DNA of 64,000 nucleotides from Flavobacteriales bacterium (GCA_013360395.1 JABWBQ010000018.1:11428-75427); one strand, 5' to 3'; positions 1 through 9,870 are shown, counted from the first letter of the stretch. Program-made: numbers and translations. Notes: generated by a model not told the origin, from the letters alone.

Positions 1-1
1 G

Positions 2-241
2 GTTCTTCGTGATGCCACTGCGTACCGGTTGCAGGTCATTGGTGGTGCAGCGTACAAGGTTTCGGATACGGTGAAAGAGGAACACCCCGAGGTGGAATGG
101 TTCAAGATCCAAGGCCTGCGCCACAAGATCGTCCACGACTATTATGCGTTGGATGACCGTACGATCCACCACATCGCCGTCGACTACGTCCCGCCCTTGG
201 TGGAGCAGTTGAAGAAGATCCTGGAGGCCGGCGTGGAATAG
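2..241 (+). CDS. HepT-like toxin (DUF86 RNase of HepT/MNT TA pair), C-terminal fragment; 5' end lies before window start
   Basis: Frame open from nt 2. Conserved DUF86 R-x4-H-x-Y motif present (LRHKIVHDYY). Cognate MNT antitoxin would be upstream, off-window. Confidence 0.5.
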   Translation, partial: VLRDATAYRLQVIGGAAYKVSDTVKEEHPEVEWFKIQGLRHKIVHDYYALDDRTIHHIAVDYVPPLVEQLKKILEAGVE

Positions 242-519
242 AACCTTCGGCGATCGTATGGTGAACCGCGCCTACATCAACTGGCGGCAGGGGAAGAACG
301 TGAGGGCTTACTGAGGTGTTGGCGGGTCAACGCCTTCGTGGCCCGCGCCAGACCGCACACCGTCAGGTGGAAGCACGTTTCACTCCGCGCCTTGTTCCAG
401 CGTGATGAAACTGATGCTCCGTGGCGGCAACGAAACCTCGCCTGCGTCCACGGGCAAGGCCCCGAAAACGGCCAACGCACCGCGTGCGGCAACCGATCAT
501 CCCTCGGCTTTCGGTACCT

Positions 520-1224
520 TCAAACGGACCGCTCCAGCCGGTCCTTCCACCTTTTCCAGTCCGGCATCACCCTTTCGAGCAAGTTGTAAAAAGCCTTGCC
601 ATGGTGGTGGTGAACAAGGTGACACAGTTCATGCAGGATCACATAGCGGATGCACATCACCGGGGTCTGGACCAGGTCCGGGTTGAGCACCAGCACCCCT
701 GCCGCCGTGCAACTGCCCCAGCGCCGCAACATGGTGCGATATGCGAGCTTCGGTGTACGCACGGGATGGTGCGCCCGAAGGATCTCCAATGCGGCGAGCA
801 CCTCGGCATTGAAGCGCTTCCGCGTGTGGGCATGGTACCATGCCGCCAACTGCCGCTTCACCAGAGCGCGGTCGGTGGTATCTGGCAGGTATACGATCAA
901 CTCACCGCGCGTGAGCTTCACGCAGGGCTGGTCCGACCTGCGGATCCGCAGCACATGCCGGCGGCCGAGATAGGACCAGGTCTCGCCGGCGATGCCTTCG
1001 CGCGCCGGACGGCCGGGCAGAAAGCGCTCGAAGTAACGTTGCTGCCGTGTGATCCAGGCGCCCCGCCGAAGCACGCGTTGCCGGATCACGTCGGGAGCGA
1101 TACCGGCCGGGGCCAGCACCACCACACTGCGGTCGGGGTGTACTTCGATGCCCAGCGTCCGCCGGGTGCGAAACTGCACGCTGTACACGATCGGCGTGGT
1201 GCCGTATTGCACGGTGCCCATCAT
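520..1224 (-). CDS. DUF45/YgjP-like M48-family zinc metallopeptidase (HExxH), the usual type I R-M accessory gene
   Basis: HELCHLVHHHH motif. 4-nt overlap with hsdR stop. This family is frequently found downstream of hsdR. Confidence 0.7.
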   Translation of the reverse strand: MMGTVQYGTTPIVYSVQFRTRRTLGIEVHPDRSVVVLAPAGIAPDVIRQRVLRRGAWITRQQRYFERFLPGRPAREGIAGETWSYLGRRHVLRIRRSDQPCVKLTRGELIVYLPDTTDRALVKRQLAAWYHAHTRKRFNAEVLAALEILRAHHPVRTPKLAYRTMLRRWGSCTAAGVLVLNPDLVQTPVMCIRYVILHELCHLVHHHHGKAFYNLLERVMPDWKRWKDRLERSV

Positions 1225-4200
1225 CCGTAATTCGCGCGGGCCACCTGCATGCAGCGCAGCAGCACCGCATCCAGCCTATCATAGTCCACGGTGCCGCCGA
1301 ACAGCTCGGGGTGCTGGAGTAATAGGTCCTCCACGGCGTTCTCCATGGCGCGTTGCACGTCCAGGTTGCGGTGCCAGTCCCGGATACGCCGCTGGCGGAT
1401 CAGGTCATCCACTTCCAGCGCAATGGTCCCGAGCCTATCCGACCATGCGGCACCATCACCCACGGGATCCAGCGCATCCTTCAGCACGCCGAAGAAGGCG
1501 CGCGCCTCGGGACGGCCTTGCACCCCGGCAGGGATGCCGCGCCCTACCCCGCTCTGCATGTCGCTCTGGATGCCCAGCACGCGCTGCAGGTACTCACGCT
1601 CATCGAGGCGCCCTTGGTGGAAGGCCTGGATGGTCTCCTCCACCATTTTGCTGAACGGTTTGTAGAAGCTCTCGTCCTTCTCCAGGTTCTCGGTGATGCT
1701 CCGCTTTAGGTTGTGCGCGATGGTGTCCGCCTTGGCCGCCACGCTTTGCTTGTCTTCGCCATAGTGGGCCAGCGCCTCGGCCACCATGTTCTCATTGAAG
1801 ATGTTCACCGTGGGCGTGGTGGACCGCACTTCACCGGCCCCGATGTGGCTGTCCAGCAATTTGCGGATGCGGCCTTCGTACTCGCGGTAGTTCACGCGGT
1901 CGTCGGCGTAGCGTTGCATGGCCGCCGTGCGCAGCGATTCGAACAGCTTCAGGTCCTTGCGCCATTGGTCCACGCGGCGCTCGTCGTAGCGGGCATAGAG
2001 GCCGGCCGTTCCGAATGCCATGTGCAACAGCCGTGCGAACAGGCTTAGGCGCTCGCGGAACTGGTCGCGGCGGTCGGCCGGTGCGAGGTGGCGCTGCAGC
2101 GCCTCATTGTCGTTGCGGTCCGCGCCGTTGAACACCGCCCACACCGCAGCGTGCGCATCCGGGAGTTTGGCCAGCTCCTCGTCCACGTCGTGCACCGTGT
2201 CCAAGAGGTCCTGTTCATCGAAGCCCGCGAGCGCATCGTAGAAGGTGAGCGCCTGGTCGAGCTTGCCGAGCAATCCGACGTAGTCGATGATGTGGCCGAA
2301 CTCCTTGCCTTCGAAAAGGCGGTTCACCCGGGCGATGGCCTGCAGGAGGTCGTGCCCGTGCAGCGGCTTGGCGAGGTACAGCACCGTGTTGCGCTCGGCA
2401 TCGAAGCCCGTGAGGTATTTGCTCACCACGATCAGCAGTTCCACCTCGCGCGAGGCGCTCTTGAACTTGTCGATCACCCAGGTCTCATACGTGGTCTGGT
2501 CGCCGTAGCGGTCCACGATGCCCTGCCAGTAGGTGCGGGCGCTCTCGCTGGCCTCGCTCCAGACATCGTCGTTCTCCTCGCGGGAATCGGGGGGTGTGAA
2601 GACCACCTTGCTGTTGAGCCGTAAGGCCGGGTCGGGCTGGTCCTCGAAGAAGCGCTGGTAGCGGATGGCGGTATCGATGGTGGGCACTGCCAACTGCGCC
2701 TTCAGTCCCGTGCCCTGCCAGGTGCCGCAATAGTGCTTGCTGATGTCGTAGGCCACTTCCTTCACCACTTGCTCGGCACTGAAGAGCTTGCCGATGCCGC
2801 GCGATCGGTTCTTCAAGGCCCTCTGCACCTCCTCCGGCAGGAAGCCGAACTGGCGGAAGAAGTCGCGGTCCAGCTCCTGCAACTTGGCGTAGAGCTGCGG
2901 GCTCCGGCCCTCGTAGAGCAGCGGCACCACGGCCTTGTCCGCCACGGCCTGCCGCATGGTGTAGGGCCTGATGAAACCGCCGAACTGCTTCACCGTGTTC
3001 TTGTCCTTGCCCAGCACCGGTGTGCCCGTGAAGCCGATGTAGCAGCCGTTGGGCAGCAGCTTGTGCATGGCCTGGTAGTTCAGGCCGTATTGGCTGCGGT
3101 GGCTCTCGTCCACCAGCACGAACACGTCGGTGCTCCGCTCCTTGAAGCCCCTGCGTTGCATGGCCCCCCGGAACTTGTTCACCACGGTGGTGATCACGGG
3201 CACGCCCTTGTCCTTCAGCAAGCGGATCAGGTCGCTGCTGCTGCTGGACTTCTCCACCTTCTTGCCGCAGTTCAGGAAGGTCTTGTGGATCTGCCGGTCC
3301 AGGTCCACGCGGTCGGTCACGAGCACCACGCGCGGATCGGCGATGGCTTTGTCCAGCGCCAGCGCCTTGCTCAGCATCACCATGGTGAGGCTCTTGCCGC
3401 TGCCTTGCGTATGCCAGATCACACCGCCCCGGCGCTTGCCGTCGGCATCCAGCTGGCGCACGCGCTCCAGGGCGTCCTGCACGGCGAAGTACTGCTGGTA
3501 GCGCGCCACCTTGCGCACGCCGGCATCGAACACGGTGAAGCGGTAGGCCAGGTCCAGCAGCCGCTCGGGGCGGCACAGCGCATAGAGCGCGCGGTCCTGC
3601 TCGGTGGGAAGCCGGTCCTCGGGCGGCCGATCTTCGTGCGGCCGGGCCAGCAGGTCCGTCACGGCGCGTTCCACGTCCTCCTTCCAGCCTGACCAGTACT
3701 TGGCCGGGGTGCCGGTGCAGGCATAGCGCACCTCGTTGGGCTGCGCGGCGATGAGCAATTGCGCGTAGTGGTAGAGCCGGGGCACGCCTTCCTCCCGCCG
3801 TTGATCGCGGATGTGCTGGCTCACCGCATCGTCGGTGCTCCACTTCACATCGCGGCGCTTGCACTGGACCACACCGAAGGGGATGCCGTTCACGAAGAGC
3901 ACCAGGTCGGGCCGGCGGGTGGCGTGCACGCCCTCCACGATGTACTCGTCGGTGACGTGGTACACGTTGTTCTGCGGTTTTTCCCAATCGATGTAGCGCA
4001 GGGTGAAGGCCTTCTGGTCGCCCGCCACGTTCTCGGCAAAACTCTTGCCCAGCGTGAGCAGGTCGTACACCTTCTCGTTGGTCTGCACCAGCCCTTCATC
4101 CGGCACGCGCTGCAGGGCCATGATGGCCGCGTTGATGCTCTGCGGGCTGAAGGGATACTCCTGCCCTTTGTAGGAAAAGCGGTTGATGGCCTTGAGCCGC

Positions 4201-4349
4201 TCGCGCAGCACCTCTTCCAGCAACACCTGGCCCAGCAGGCCGTCGCGCTGGCGCACCGCCTCTTCGCGGCTGAGCCATTGGTAGCCCAGCCGGCGCAGGA
4301 AGCGCAGCGCGGGCAGGTGGCTATCGGGGTATTCGGCGAAAGAGGGCAT
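1221..4349 (-). CDS. hsdR: Type I restriction enzyme R subunit (HsdR), 1042 aa
   Basis: DEAD-like helicase motifs (GSGKS Walker A, DESH) and a C-terminal HsdR domain. In operon context with hsdM/hsdS. Confidence 0.9.
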   Translation of the reverse strand: MPSFAEYPDSHLPALRFLRRLGYQWLSREEAVRQRDGLLGQVLLEEVLRERLKAINRFSYKGQEYPFSPQSINAAIMALQRVPDEGLVQTNEKVYDLLTLGKSFAENVAGDQKAFTLRYIDWEKPQNNVYHVTDEYIVEGVHATRRPDLVLFVNGIPFGVVQCKRRDVKWSTDDAVSQHIRDQRREEGVPRLYHYAQLLIAAQPNEVRYACTGTPAKYWSGWKEDVERAVTDLLARPHEDRPPEDRLPTEQDRALYALCRPERLLDLAYRFTVFDAGVRKVARYQQYFAVQDALERVRQLDADGKRRGGVIWHTQGSGKSLTMVMLSKALALDKAIADPRVVLVTDRVDLDRQIHKTFLNCGKKVEKSSSSSDLIRLLKDKGVPVITTVVNKFRGAMQRRGFKERSTDVFVLVDESHRSQYGLNYQAMHKLLPNGCYIGFTGTPVLGKDKNTVKQFGGFIRPYTMRQAVADKAVVPLLYEGRSPQLYAKLQELDRDFFRQFGFLPEEVQRALKNRSRGIGKLFSAEQVVKEVAYDISKHYCGTWQGTGLKAQLAVPTIDTAIRYQRFFEDQPDPALRLNSKVVFTPPDSREENDDVWSEASESARTYWQGIVDRYGDQTTYETWVIDKFKSASREVELLIVVSKYLTGFDAERNTVLYLAKPLHGHDLLQAIARVNRLFEGKEFGHIIDYVGLLGKLDQALTFYDALAGFDEQDLLDTVHDVDEELAKLPDAHAAVWAVFNGADRNDNEALQRHLAPADRRDQFRERLSLFARLLHMAFGTAGLYARYDERRVDQWRKDLKLFESLRTAAMQRYADDRVNYREYEGRIRKLLDSHIGAGEVRSTTPTVNIFNENMVAEALAHYGEDKQSVAAKADTIAHNLKRSITENLEKDESFYKPFSKMVEETIQAFHQGRLDEREYLQRVLGIQSDMQSGVGRGIPAGVQGRPEARAFFGVLKDALDPVGDGAAWSDRLGTIALEVDDLIRQRRIRDWHRNLDVQRAMENAVEDLLLQHPELFGGTVDYDRLDAVLLRCMQVARANYG

Positions 4350-4505
4350 GAGGCTTTACAGTGAACAGGCGGTTGTTACAAGAAACCATTTTCCACGATC
4401 GATCGTTGATAACCTTGTGTATATTTGCACCAGCTCATCTCACCATTCGGGAGAAGGAGTTCGGGGGACGGTAGGCCAAGATGCCTATCTGTCCCCCGCG
4501 TCATT

Positions 4506-5036
4506 TTAGCGCACATCGGGCAGCTTGCGTTTGGCGGCCTTCTTCATCATCTTTCGGTAGCTGTGGTCCCGGTCCAAGTGGTAGGCCGTGATCAGGTAGT
4601 ATGCACCGGGCTTCCGGTTCGGCTCCAGTACCACCACATAGCGTTCATCATGGTTCAAGATGTAGGTGCGCACTTTCCATGCGTCATCCACACGATCCTC
4701 TGCGCTGAAGACCTCCACCCGCGCACTAGTCCCTTCCTGTATGTGGGGCAATACCCAATGCAGTCTTCGGCTCCGTTCAAGTTCGAAGATCCTGGACTTT
4801 CGTTTGGTGCCATCGATGACCTCCAGCACCTCCACAGTGGTCAGATGCCTGAAGAGCAGCTGCATCGCCGGCTCCTCACCCTTTATTGGATAGATCGGGC
4901 GCTTGCGGAATGCGAACGCTGGGTTGTTCTCTATATCGCGTTGAAAGACCCCCCTTAGCGATGCCGTCCTTGACGCTTCGCTCATACCGCCGATGTCCAA
5001 CAGTTCAGGGTAGCGCTTGATCAGGTTCAACGGCAT
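4506..5036 (-). CDS. Hypothetical 176-aa protein, no family recognised; translationally coupled partner of DUF3800 gene
   Basis: TAATG stop/start overlap with the upstream DUF3800 ORF. Low GC relative to the flanking hsd genes. No motif recognised by eye. Confidence 0.6.
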   Translation of the reverse strand: MPLNLIKRYPELLDIGGMSEASRTASLRGVFQRDIENNPAFAFRKRPIYPIKGEEPAMQLLFRHLTTVEVLEVIDGTKRKSRIFELERSRRLHWVLPHIQEGTSARVEVFSAEDRVDDAWKVRTYILNHDERYVVVLEPNRKPGAYYLITAYHLDRDHSYRKMMKKAAKRKLPDVR

Positions 5037-5722
5037 TATTTCAGGTCGATGATGAAGATGTTGAACTTGTCCTTGTCCTTGGGGGTGGAGTGCACCAAAC
5101 TGGTTCCCGCATGGGTCTGTATCCGTTCGATCAATCGGGTCTTGGCGATCATCTTCTTCTCCGGTTCGTTCAGGTTGTACGCCAGTGCACCCATGATGAA
5201 GTCGGTAAGCTGCAGGAACACACTCTCGCTTGACCGGATGTTCTGCAGGTTGCGGATGCTGTTGTACCGGACATTCAGGATGTCTTTCAAGGTTTTCACC
5301 TTCCTTGCACTCAGGGTATCCTTCACATCCAGGTAGATATTGTATGTATTGAGCATGTCGATCTTATGGTGCAGCAGTTGGTAGTACATCTTGTAGTAGA
5401 ACGTATCATGGTCCTGCCCGAATGATGCGTTCCTGATGCGCGCCTTAGGTACCACCAAAGCACGGAACAAGAGCTCAGTGCCGAAGAATAGTTCCACCAA
5501 GTCGGCATAAAAGCTGTACTTGGACCTGGACACCTTACTCCACTTGATCTCCCCATAAAAATTATGCCGCTGCTTCAGTTGCTTGATCTGCTCGGTATAG
5601 AGACGTACCAGCGGATAAGCAACACTGATGTAGGCGATGAGCATGAAGTCCTTGCCATCATTCTCCAAATGGCTGCTCTCGTCGCAATACAGGTTGTAGG
5701 TCTTTCCTCCGTTCATTTCCAC
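5036..5722 (-). CDS. DUF3800 family protein (228 aa)
   Basis: Both DUF3800 signature motifs are present: N-terminal Y-x-DES (YNLYCDESS) and C-terminal Q-L-x-D (LQLTDFIMGA). AT-rich codon usage unlike neighbouring genes. Confidence 0.75.
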   Translation of the reverse strand: MEMNGGKTYNLYCDESSHLENDGKDFMLIAYISVAYPLVRLYTEQIKQLKQRHNFYGEIKWSKVSRSKYSFYADLVELFFGTELLFRALVVPKARIRNASFGQDHDTFYYKMYYQLLHHKIDMLNTYNIYLDVKDTLSARKVKTLKDILNVRYNSIRNLQNIRSSESVFLQLTDFIMGALAYNLNEPEKKMIAKTRLIERIQTHAGTSLVHSTPKDKDKFNIFIIDLK

Positions 5723-5727
5723 ATCGG

Positions 5728-7014
5728 TTAGTGGTTCATCAATCCGCCCGACAACAGCAACTGCATCAAGCCCCGCTTCTGCTCATGGAGTTCTTTCAGC
5801 TTCATGCGCAGTAGGTCGAGCTCATCATCGAATGAGGCTGTGGCGTTGGCAATATGATCCTGGGTCTCATTCGGCGGTAGCGGTACCTCCATTTCCGCGA
5901 GCTGTGAAGGATAGATGTGCACCACGCTGTGACCCTGCCCGAACTTCAGGCGTTGGCGATCTGTAATGGTACTGTTGAGCGCAGTGGCCAGATACAACGC
6001 GTTGATCCCATTCGGGCGAAGAATGATCACATCTCCTCCAGCGCATGCGCGTTCTTTGTCGAGATACACGGCCGCCTTCCCGATCTCCTCGGCCGTCTCA
6101 CCCGAACCAGCGAAGAGCACATCGTTGCGTTGGATGGGCTGACTTCCGTCGGCCACAGCTTCGGCCACGAAAGAGTGGAAGCGCTTGACCCGGACATGGT
6201 GAACGGTATAGAGCTCGCCATAGGTCACCACTGGTACGCCCTCGGGATGTATTTCGCTTTTCAGGATCCCCTTGCCTTTCGCGAAAGTCCCCAGCTCCCC
6301 CAACCGCACCCACCTCCACCCCTTGGGCAGTTGGCCGTTGGAGGCGCCGTGGCGTGCGCCGCTCACCAGCTGATCGATCAGCCCGCGCAGGCGCTCTTCC
6401 TTGGCGGCGATCTGCTGGCCCAGCAGGCCTATGGCCCGGTCCCAGGTGCCCAGGATACGCGCGATCCTCCGCTGCTCGGGGAGGGGGGGGAGGGGGATAT
6501 GGGATCGGAAGAGTTCAGTCCTGCTCAATGTCTTGTTCCTGCCTGCACCACCGGGTGAAGCATCATCAAGTATGACACGGCCACGATCGGTCTTGAAGAA
6601 GTACAGCACGAAATCAAGGTCCACCAGATCCTCTTTCGGCTTGAACATCGGAAACCGGTGGGAAGCGATAAGGCCTACCTCAGATCCGGTAGTCCGAGCT
6701 ATTCCTTGCTCCCAGGCGAACACGATGTTGGCGACCAAGCAATCCGGCTGTACCCAGAAGACGGACTTGTCACCGAGTTTGGCACCTGTTACGGGTTCCT
6801 TGTAGAACAACCCCTTGCCGTGCGATCGGATACCGATCTCTACGTAGTTCTGAGCGTCTTCGACATCAACTGCGACCTTTACTTCCTGGAATGCATCCCC
6901 GAAACGCATGGTCTTCCAATGCGCCGGGAGATGCCCGAGCTTGGGATGATACATCGGCTTGCCTTGCGCAGAACGAGAGTCCTGTTCGGCCTTGGCCCCC
7001 TTCCTCCCACTCAT
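5728..7014 (-). CDS. hsdS: Type I R-M specificity subunit (HsdS), two target-recognition domains
   Basis: Central and C-terminal conserved HsdS repeats (LPPLPEQRRIA...; VPLPPNETQDHIA...). True start may be the internal Met at 6954 (MYHPKLGHLPAHW...). Confidence 0.85.
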   Translation of the reverse strand: MSGRKGAKAEQDSRSAQGKPMYHPKLGHLPAHWKTMRFGDAFQEVKVAVDVEDAQNYVEIGIRSHGKGLFYKEPVTGAKLGDKSVFWVQPDCLVANIVFAWEQGIARTTGSEVGLIASHRFPMFKPKEDLVDLDFVLYFFKTDRGRVILDDASPGGAGRNKTLSRTELFRSHIPLPPLPEQRRIARILGTWDRAIGLLGQQIAAKEERLRGLIDQLVSGARHGASNGQLPKGWRWVRLGELGTFAKGKGILKSEIHPEGVPVVTYGELYTVHHVRVKRFHSFVAEAVADGSQPIQRNDVLFAGSGETAEEIGKAAVYLDKERACAGGDVIILRPNGINALYLATALNSTITDRQRLKFGQGHSVVHIYPSQLAEMEVPLPPNETQDHIANATASFDDELDLLRMKLKELHEQKRGLMQLLLSGGLMNH

Positions 7015-7096
7015 GGTTCCAGGTGGTTATTGTGGATGAACATGGAGCGCCGTGCGGCGGGCGTGTTCATCTCCACGAATCGTGACCAGGTGAGTT

Positions 7097-7951
7097 TCAT
7101 GACTTCTTCCTGGGCTTGAGCTTCTTGGTGGTCTTGAGCACCTGCTTCCGTTCGGAGGCCAGCCGGCGCTTCACCTTCTCCAAGTCCTCAGCTGCTGGCA
7201 GCTCTTCCGGTTTCACCCCGCGCTTCAGGAGCATGCTGCGCACTTCCCAGTTATTGTCGATATGCTCCCGTGTGATAGCCCGGTCGCCCTTCAGGTCCTT
7301 CTCGTTCACGTTGTGGCTGGTGAGCTCTGCGGCGAAGTCCTTGGCCTTGATGGTGAGCGTAGGCAGGAAGTCGGCCAGCGGACGGCTGCCCGGCACGCCC
7401 AGCTTCTTCTTCATGGCCTGGGTGCCGTGGCCGCCGAACAAGGCGCGGTCCCCCTCGTGGCGGATGTTGGCGAAACTGCGCTCGTCCACCCCGCGCTCGT
7501 AGATGATGCCGCTGAGCTTGCGCTCGGTCTCCTTCAGCTTCTCGCGTGCCGCCACCCGGTCGCTCTCCAGGAGCCGCTGCTCCACCAGCTCCTGCCGGCG
7601 GGTCTGGATGGCGAAGTAGGTTTGGGCAAAAGCGATCTCGGGTTTGGCCGGGTCGCCGTTCTGCGCGATGAGGTAGCAGGCATAGCGGGTGAGGGCGAAA
7701 TCGTCGATCGGACGCTGGGCACCGCTACCCAGGTCGACCATTTTGTTGACGCCAACAAAATGGTCCGCTGCCGGCTCACCTGAGTTGGCGCATGCATCTC
7801 GTGCTTTCTCCAAGGCATTCAAGAAGTTACGCCAGTCCGTGTAGCCGAAAATGGCCTGCAGGTCGCGCGCGCTCCAGCATTCAATGCCTTCCATGGTGCC
7901 GCTGGCCGCCTCGAAGCGCTGCCAGAGTTCGTTGATGAGTTCCTTCTTCAT
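7097..7951 (-). CDS. dinD: DNA-damage-inducible protein D / RhuM-family protein
   Basis: Strong similarity to E. coli DinD (…ECWSARDL…RYACYLIAQNGDPAKP…AQTYFAIQTR). Start placed at Met 212 of the track ORF (MKKELINEL); the first 211 residues are a GC-rich shadow overlapping hsdM. Confidence 0.8.
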   Translation of the reverse strand: MKKELINELWQRFEAASGTMEGIECWSARDLQAIFGYTDWRNFLNALEKARDACANSGEPAADHFVGVNKMVDLGSGAQRPIDDFALTRYACYLIAQNGDPAKPEIAFAQTYFAIQTRRQELVEQRLLESDRVAAREKLKETERKLSGIIYERGVDERSFANIRHEGDRALFGGHGTQAMKKKLGVPGSRPLADFLPTLTIKAKDFAAELTSHNVNEKDLKGDRAITREHIDNNWEVRSMLLKRGVKPEELPAAEDLEKVKRRLASERKQVLKTTKKLKPRKKS

Positions 7952-7962
7952 GTGCCTCGTGT

Positions 7963-9516
7963 TCAGTTCAATCCGAGTTCCTTCAGGTAGCCGGCCATCT
8001 CGCCCTTCACCTTCACGAGTTCCTTCTCCAGTTCGTCGATGCGTTGCTGCACGGCCTTCAGGTCCACGGGGGGCTCCTCCTGGAAGGTGTCCACGTAGCG
8101 CGTGATGTTGAGGTTGAAGTCGTTCTCGCGGATCTGCGCCAGCGTGGCTCGGGTGGCGTACTTCTCCTCGCTCCTGAAGGCCTGGAAGGTGCGCACGATC
8201 CGGGCGATGTCCTGCTCGCGCAGGTGGTTCTGCCGCTTCTCCTGCTGGTACTCGCGGCTGGCTTCGATGAAGAGCACATCGGTGGTGGTCTTCGCCTTGT
8301 TGAAGAGCAGGATGGCAGCCGGGATGGTGGTGCCGTAGAAGAGGTTGCCGGGCAGGCCGATCACGGCATCCAGCAGGTTCTCCTCGATGAGCTTGCGGCG
8401 GATGAGCTGCTCGCGGCCGCCGCGGAAGAGCACGCCGTGCGGCACGATCACGCCCACCTTGCCCGTGCCTTCGGCGGCGGTGTCCACCATGTGCAGGATG
8501 AAGGCGAAGTCGCCCTTGCTCTTGGGGGGCACGCCGCGCGTGAAGCGCTTGTACGTGTCGGCGGCGGCGGCGGCCTCGCCCCATTTGTCCAAGCTGAAGG
8601 GGGGGTTGGCCACCACGACGTCGAAGGTCATCAGGTGATCACCTTCGATCAGGCGCGGGTTGTTGATGGTGTCGCCCCATTCCACGCGCGCACTGTCCAT
8701 GCCGTGCAGGAACATGTTCAGCTTGCACAAGGCCCAGGTGTCGCCGTTGCTGTCCTGGCCGTAGAGGGAGAAGTCGGGGCTGGGCAGGCCCTTGGCGTCC
8801 TTCACTTCCTCGGCCACGGTGATCAGCAGGCTGCCGCTGCCGCAGGTGGGATCGCAGATGCGGGCCCCGGCCCTGGGGGCGAGCAGTTTCGCCAGCAGCA
8901 CGCTCACCTCGTGCGGCGTGAAGAATTCCCCGCCCTTCTTGCCCGCGTCCGACGCGAAGCGCTCGATGAGGTACATGTAGGCGTTGCCGATGAAGTCCCA
9001 CTTGGTGCCGAGCACGCTGGGGCGGAAGTCGAGGATGGGGTCGGAGAAATCGCCGATGAGGTTCTCCAGGCGGCGGTTGCGGTCCTTGGTCTGGCCGAGC
9101 TTCTCGCTGTTGAAGCTGATGCCGCGGAACACGTTCTCCAGCTTGGCCTGGTTCTCGTCCTCAATGTGGGTGAGCGCCTTGTCGATGAGCTCACCGATGT
9201 TGTCGGCGCGACGGTGCTGGAAGAGGTATTCGTAGGTGCACTCCGGTGGCAGCACGAAGCGCTCGCGCTTCAGCTTGCGGGCCACCAGTTCGGGATCCGG
9301 GTATTGCTGCTCCAGCTTTTCCTTGGTGTCCCGCCACACGTCGCTGAGGTACTTCAGGAACATGAAGGTGAGCACGTAGTTCTTGTACTCGCTGGGGTCG
9401 AACGCACCGCGGAAGCTGTCGCAGGCCTTCCAGAGCGTTTCGTTGATCAGGCGCTGCAGCTCCTTCGGGTCGGAAGGACGCTCGCTCGCGGGCGCGGTTT
9501 TGGTCTTGGTCTCCAT
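7963..9516 (-). CDS. hsdM: Type I R-M DNA methyltransferase subunit (HsdM)
   Basis: N6-adenine MTase motifs (VANPPF, DPTCGSGSLL) with HsdM N-terminal domain. Start at METKTKT (9516) instead of the extended track start. Confidence 0.9.
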   Translation of the reverse strand: METKTKTAPASERPSDPKELQRLINETLWKACDSFRGAFDPSEYKNYVLTFMFLKYLSDVWRDTKEKLEQQYPDPELVARKLKRERFVLPPECTYEYLFQHRRADNIGELIDKALTHIEDENQAKLENVFRGISFNSEKLGQTKDRNRRLENLIGDFSDPILDFRPSVLGTKWDFIGNAYMYLIERFASDAGKKGGEFFTPHEVSVLLAKLLAPRAGARICDPTCGSGSLLITVAEEVKDAKGLPSPDFSLYGQDSNGDTWALCKLNMFLHGMDSARVEWGDTINNPRLIEGDHLMTFDVVVANPPFSLDKWGEAAAAADTYKRFTRGVPPKSKGDFAFILHMVDTAAEGTGKVGVIVPHGVLFRGGREQLIRRKLIEENLLDAVIGLPGNLFYGTTIPAAILLFNKAKTTTDVLFIEASREYQQEKRQNHLREQDIARIVRTFQAFRSEEKYATRATLAQIRENDFNLNITRYVDTFQEEPPVDLKAVQQRIDELEKELVKVKGEMAGYLKELGLN

Positions 9517-9545
9517 GTGTTCGGTGGTGGTGGGCAGGGCGGTGC

Positions 9546-9866
9546 TCAGCGAAGTTGGGTGTTCAGCGGCGGCTGGTATTGGCGGATGAGTTCCCGCTCG
9601 ATGGTATCTCGGTCCGTCTGTGCACGAACCACGCGTGCATGCACATGCGTGGCGCCAAGACGCTGCGCGGGCTGCCATTGCTCGTGGGTGGCTGGGCGAT
9701 CAGCGAAGCTTGCCGACTGTCCGATGTAGAGGGCGCGCCACATGCCGTTGATCACGCCGCAGAAGATGTAGATGCCGGGGACGTCGTTCCAGGTCGCATG
9801 CTTGTCGCACACCTCGAAGGCGTATCCGCCCCAGGTGATGTGTTTCGCGGTCGTGTGGTGGTTCAT
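9546..9866 (-). CDS. Small GIY-YIG nuclease-domain protein
   Basis: GIY...YIG motif (PGIYIF...ALYIGQS) plus conserved R/E downstream. Sits between the half-hsdS and hsdM. Confidence 0.5.
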   Translation of the reverse strand: MNHHTTAKHITWGGYAFEVCDKHATWNDVPGIYIFCGVINGMWRALYIGQSASFADRPATHEQWQPAQRLGATHVHARVVRAQTDRDTIERELIRQYQPPLNTQLR

Positions 9867-9870
9867 GTTT

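Noticed and set aside
2485-3987. 500-aa plus-strand-independent ORFs overlapping hsdR (2485-3987 -, 2733-3692 +)
   Set aside because: Arg/Gly/Pro/Ala-rich low-complexity translations typical of off-frame reading in high-GC coding DNA. They lie entirely within the well-supported hsdR frame.
4400-4425. Plus-strand TATATTTG matching the Bacteroidota -7 promoter consensus
   Set aside because: Oriented towards minus-strand genes only (would be antisense). No suitably spaced -33 TTTG. Probably chance in an AT-rich spacer.
7952-8584. N-terminal 211 residues of track ORF 7097-8584
   Set aside because: Arg/His/Gly-rich extension overlapping the hsdM 3' end. Real DinD homology begins at MKKELINEL (7951).
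8044-9729. 561-aa plus-strand ORF antisense to hsdM
   Set aside because: Shadow ORF. Composition dominated by G/A/L/V/E repeats. hsdM on the opposite strand has clear MTase motifs.
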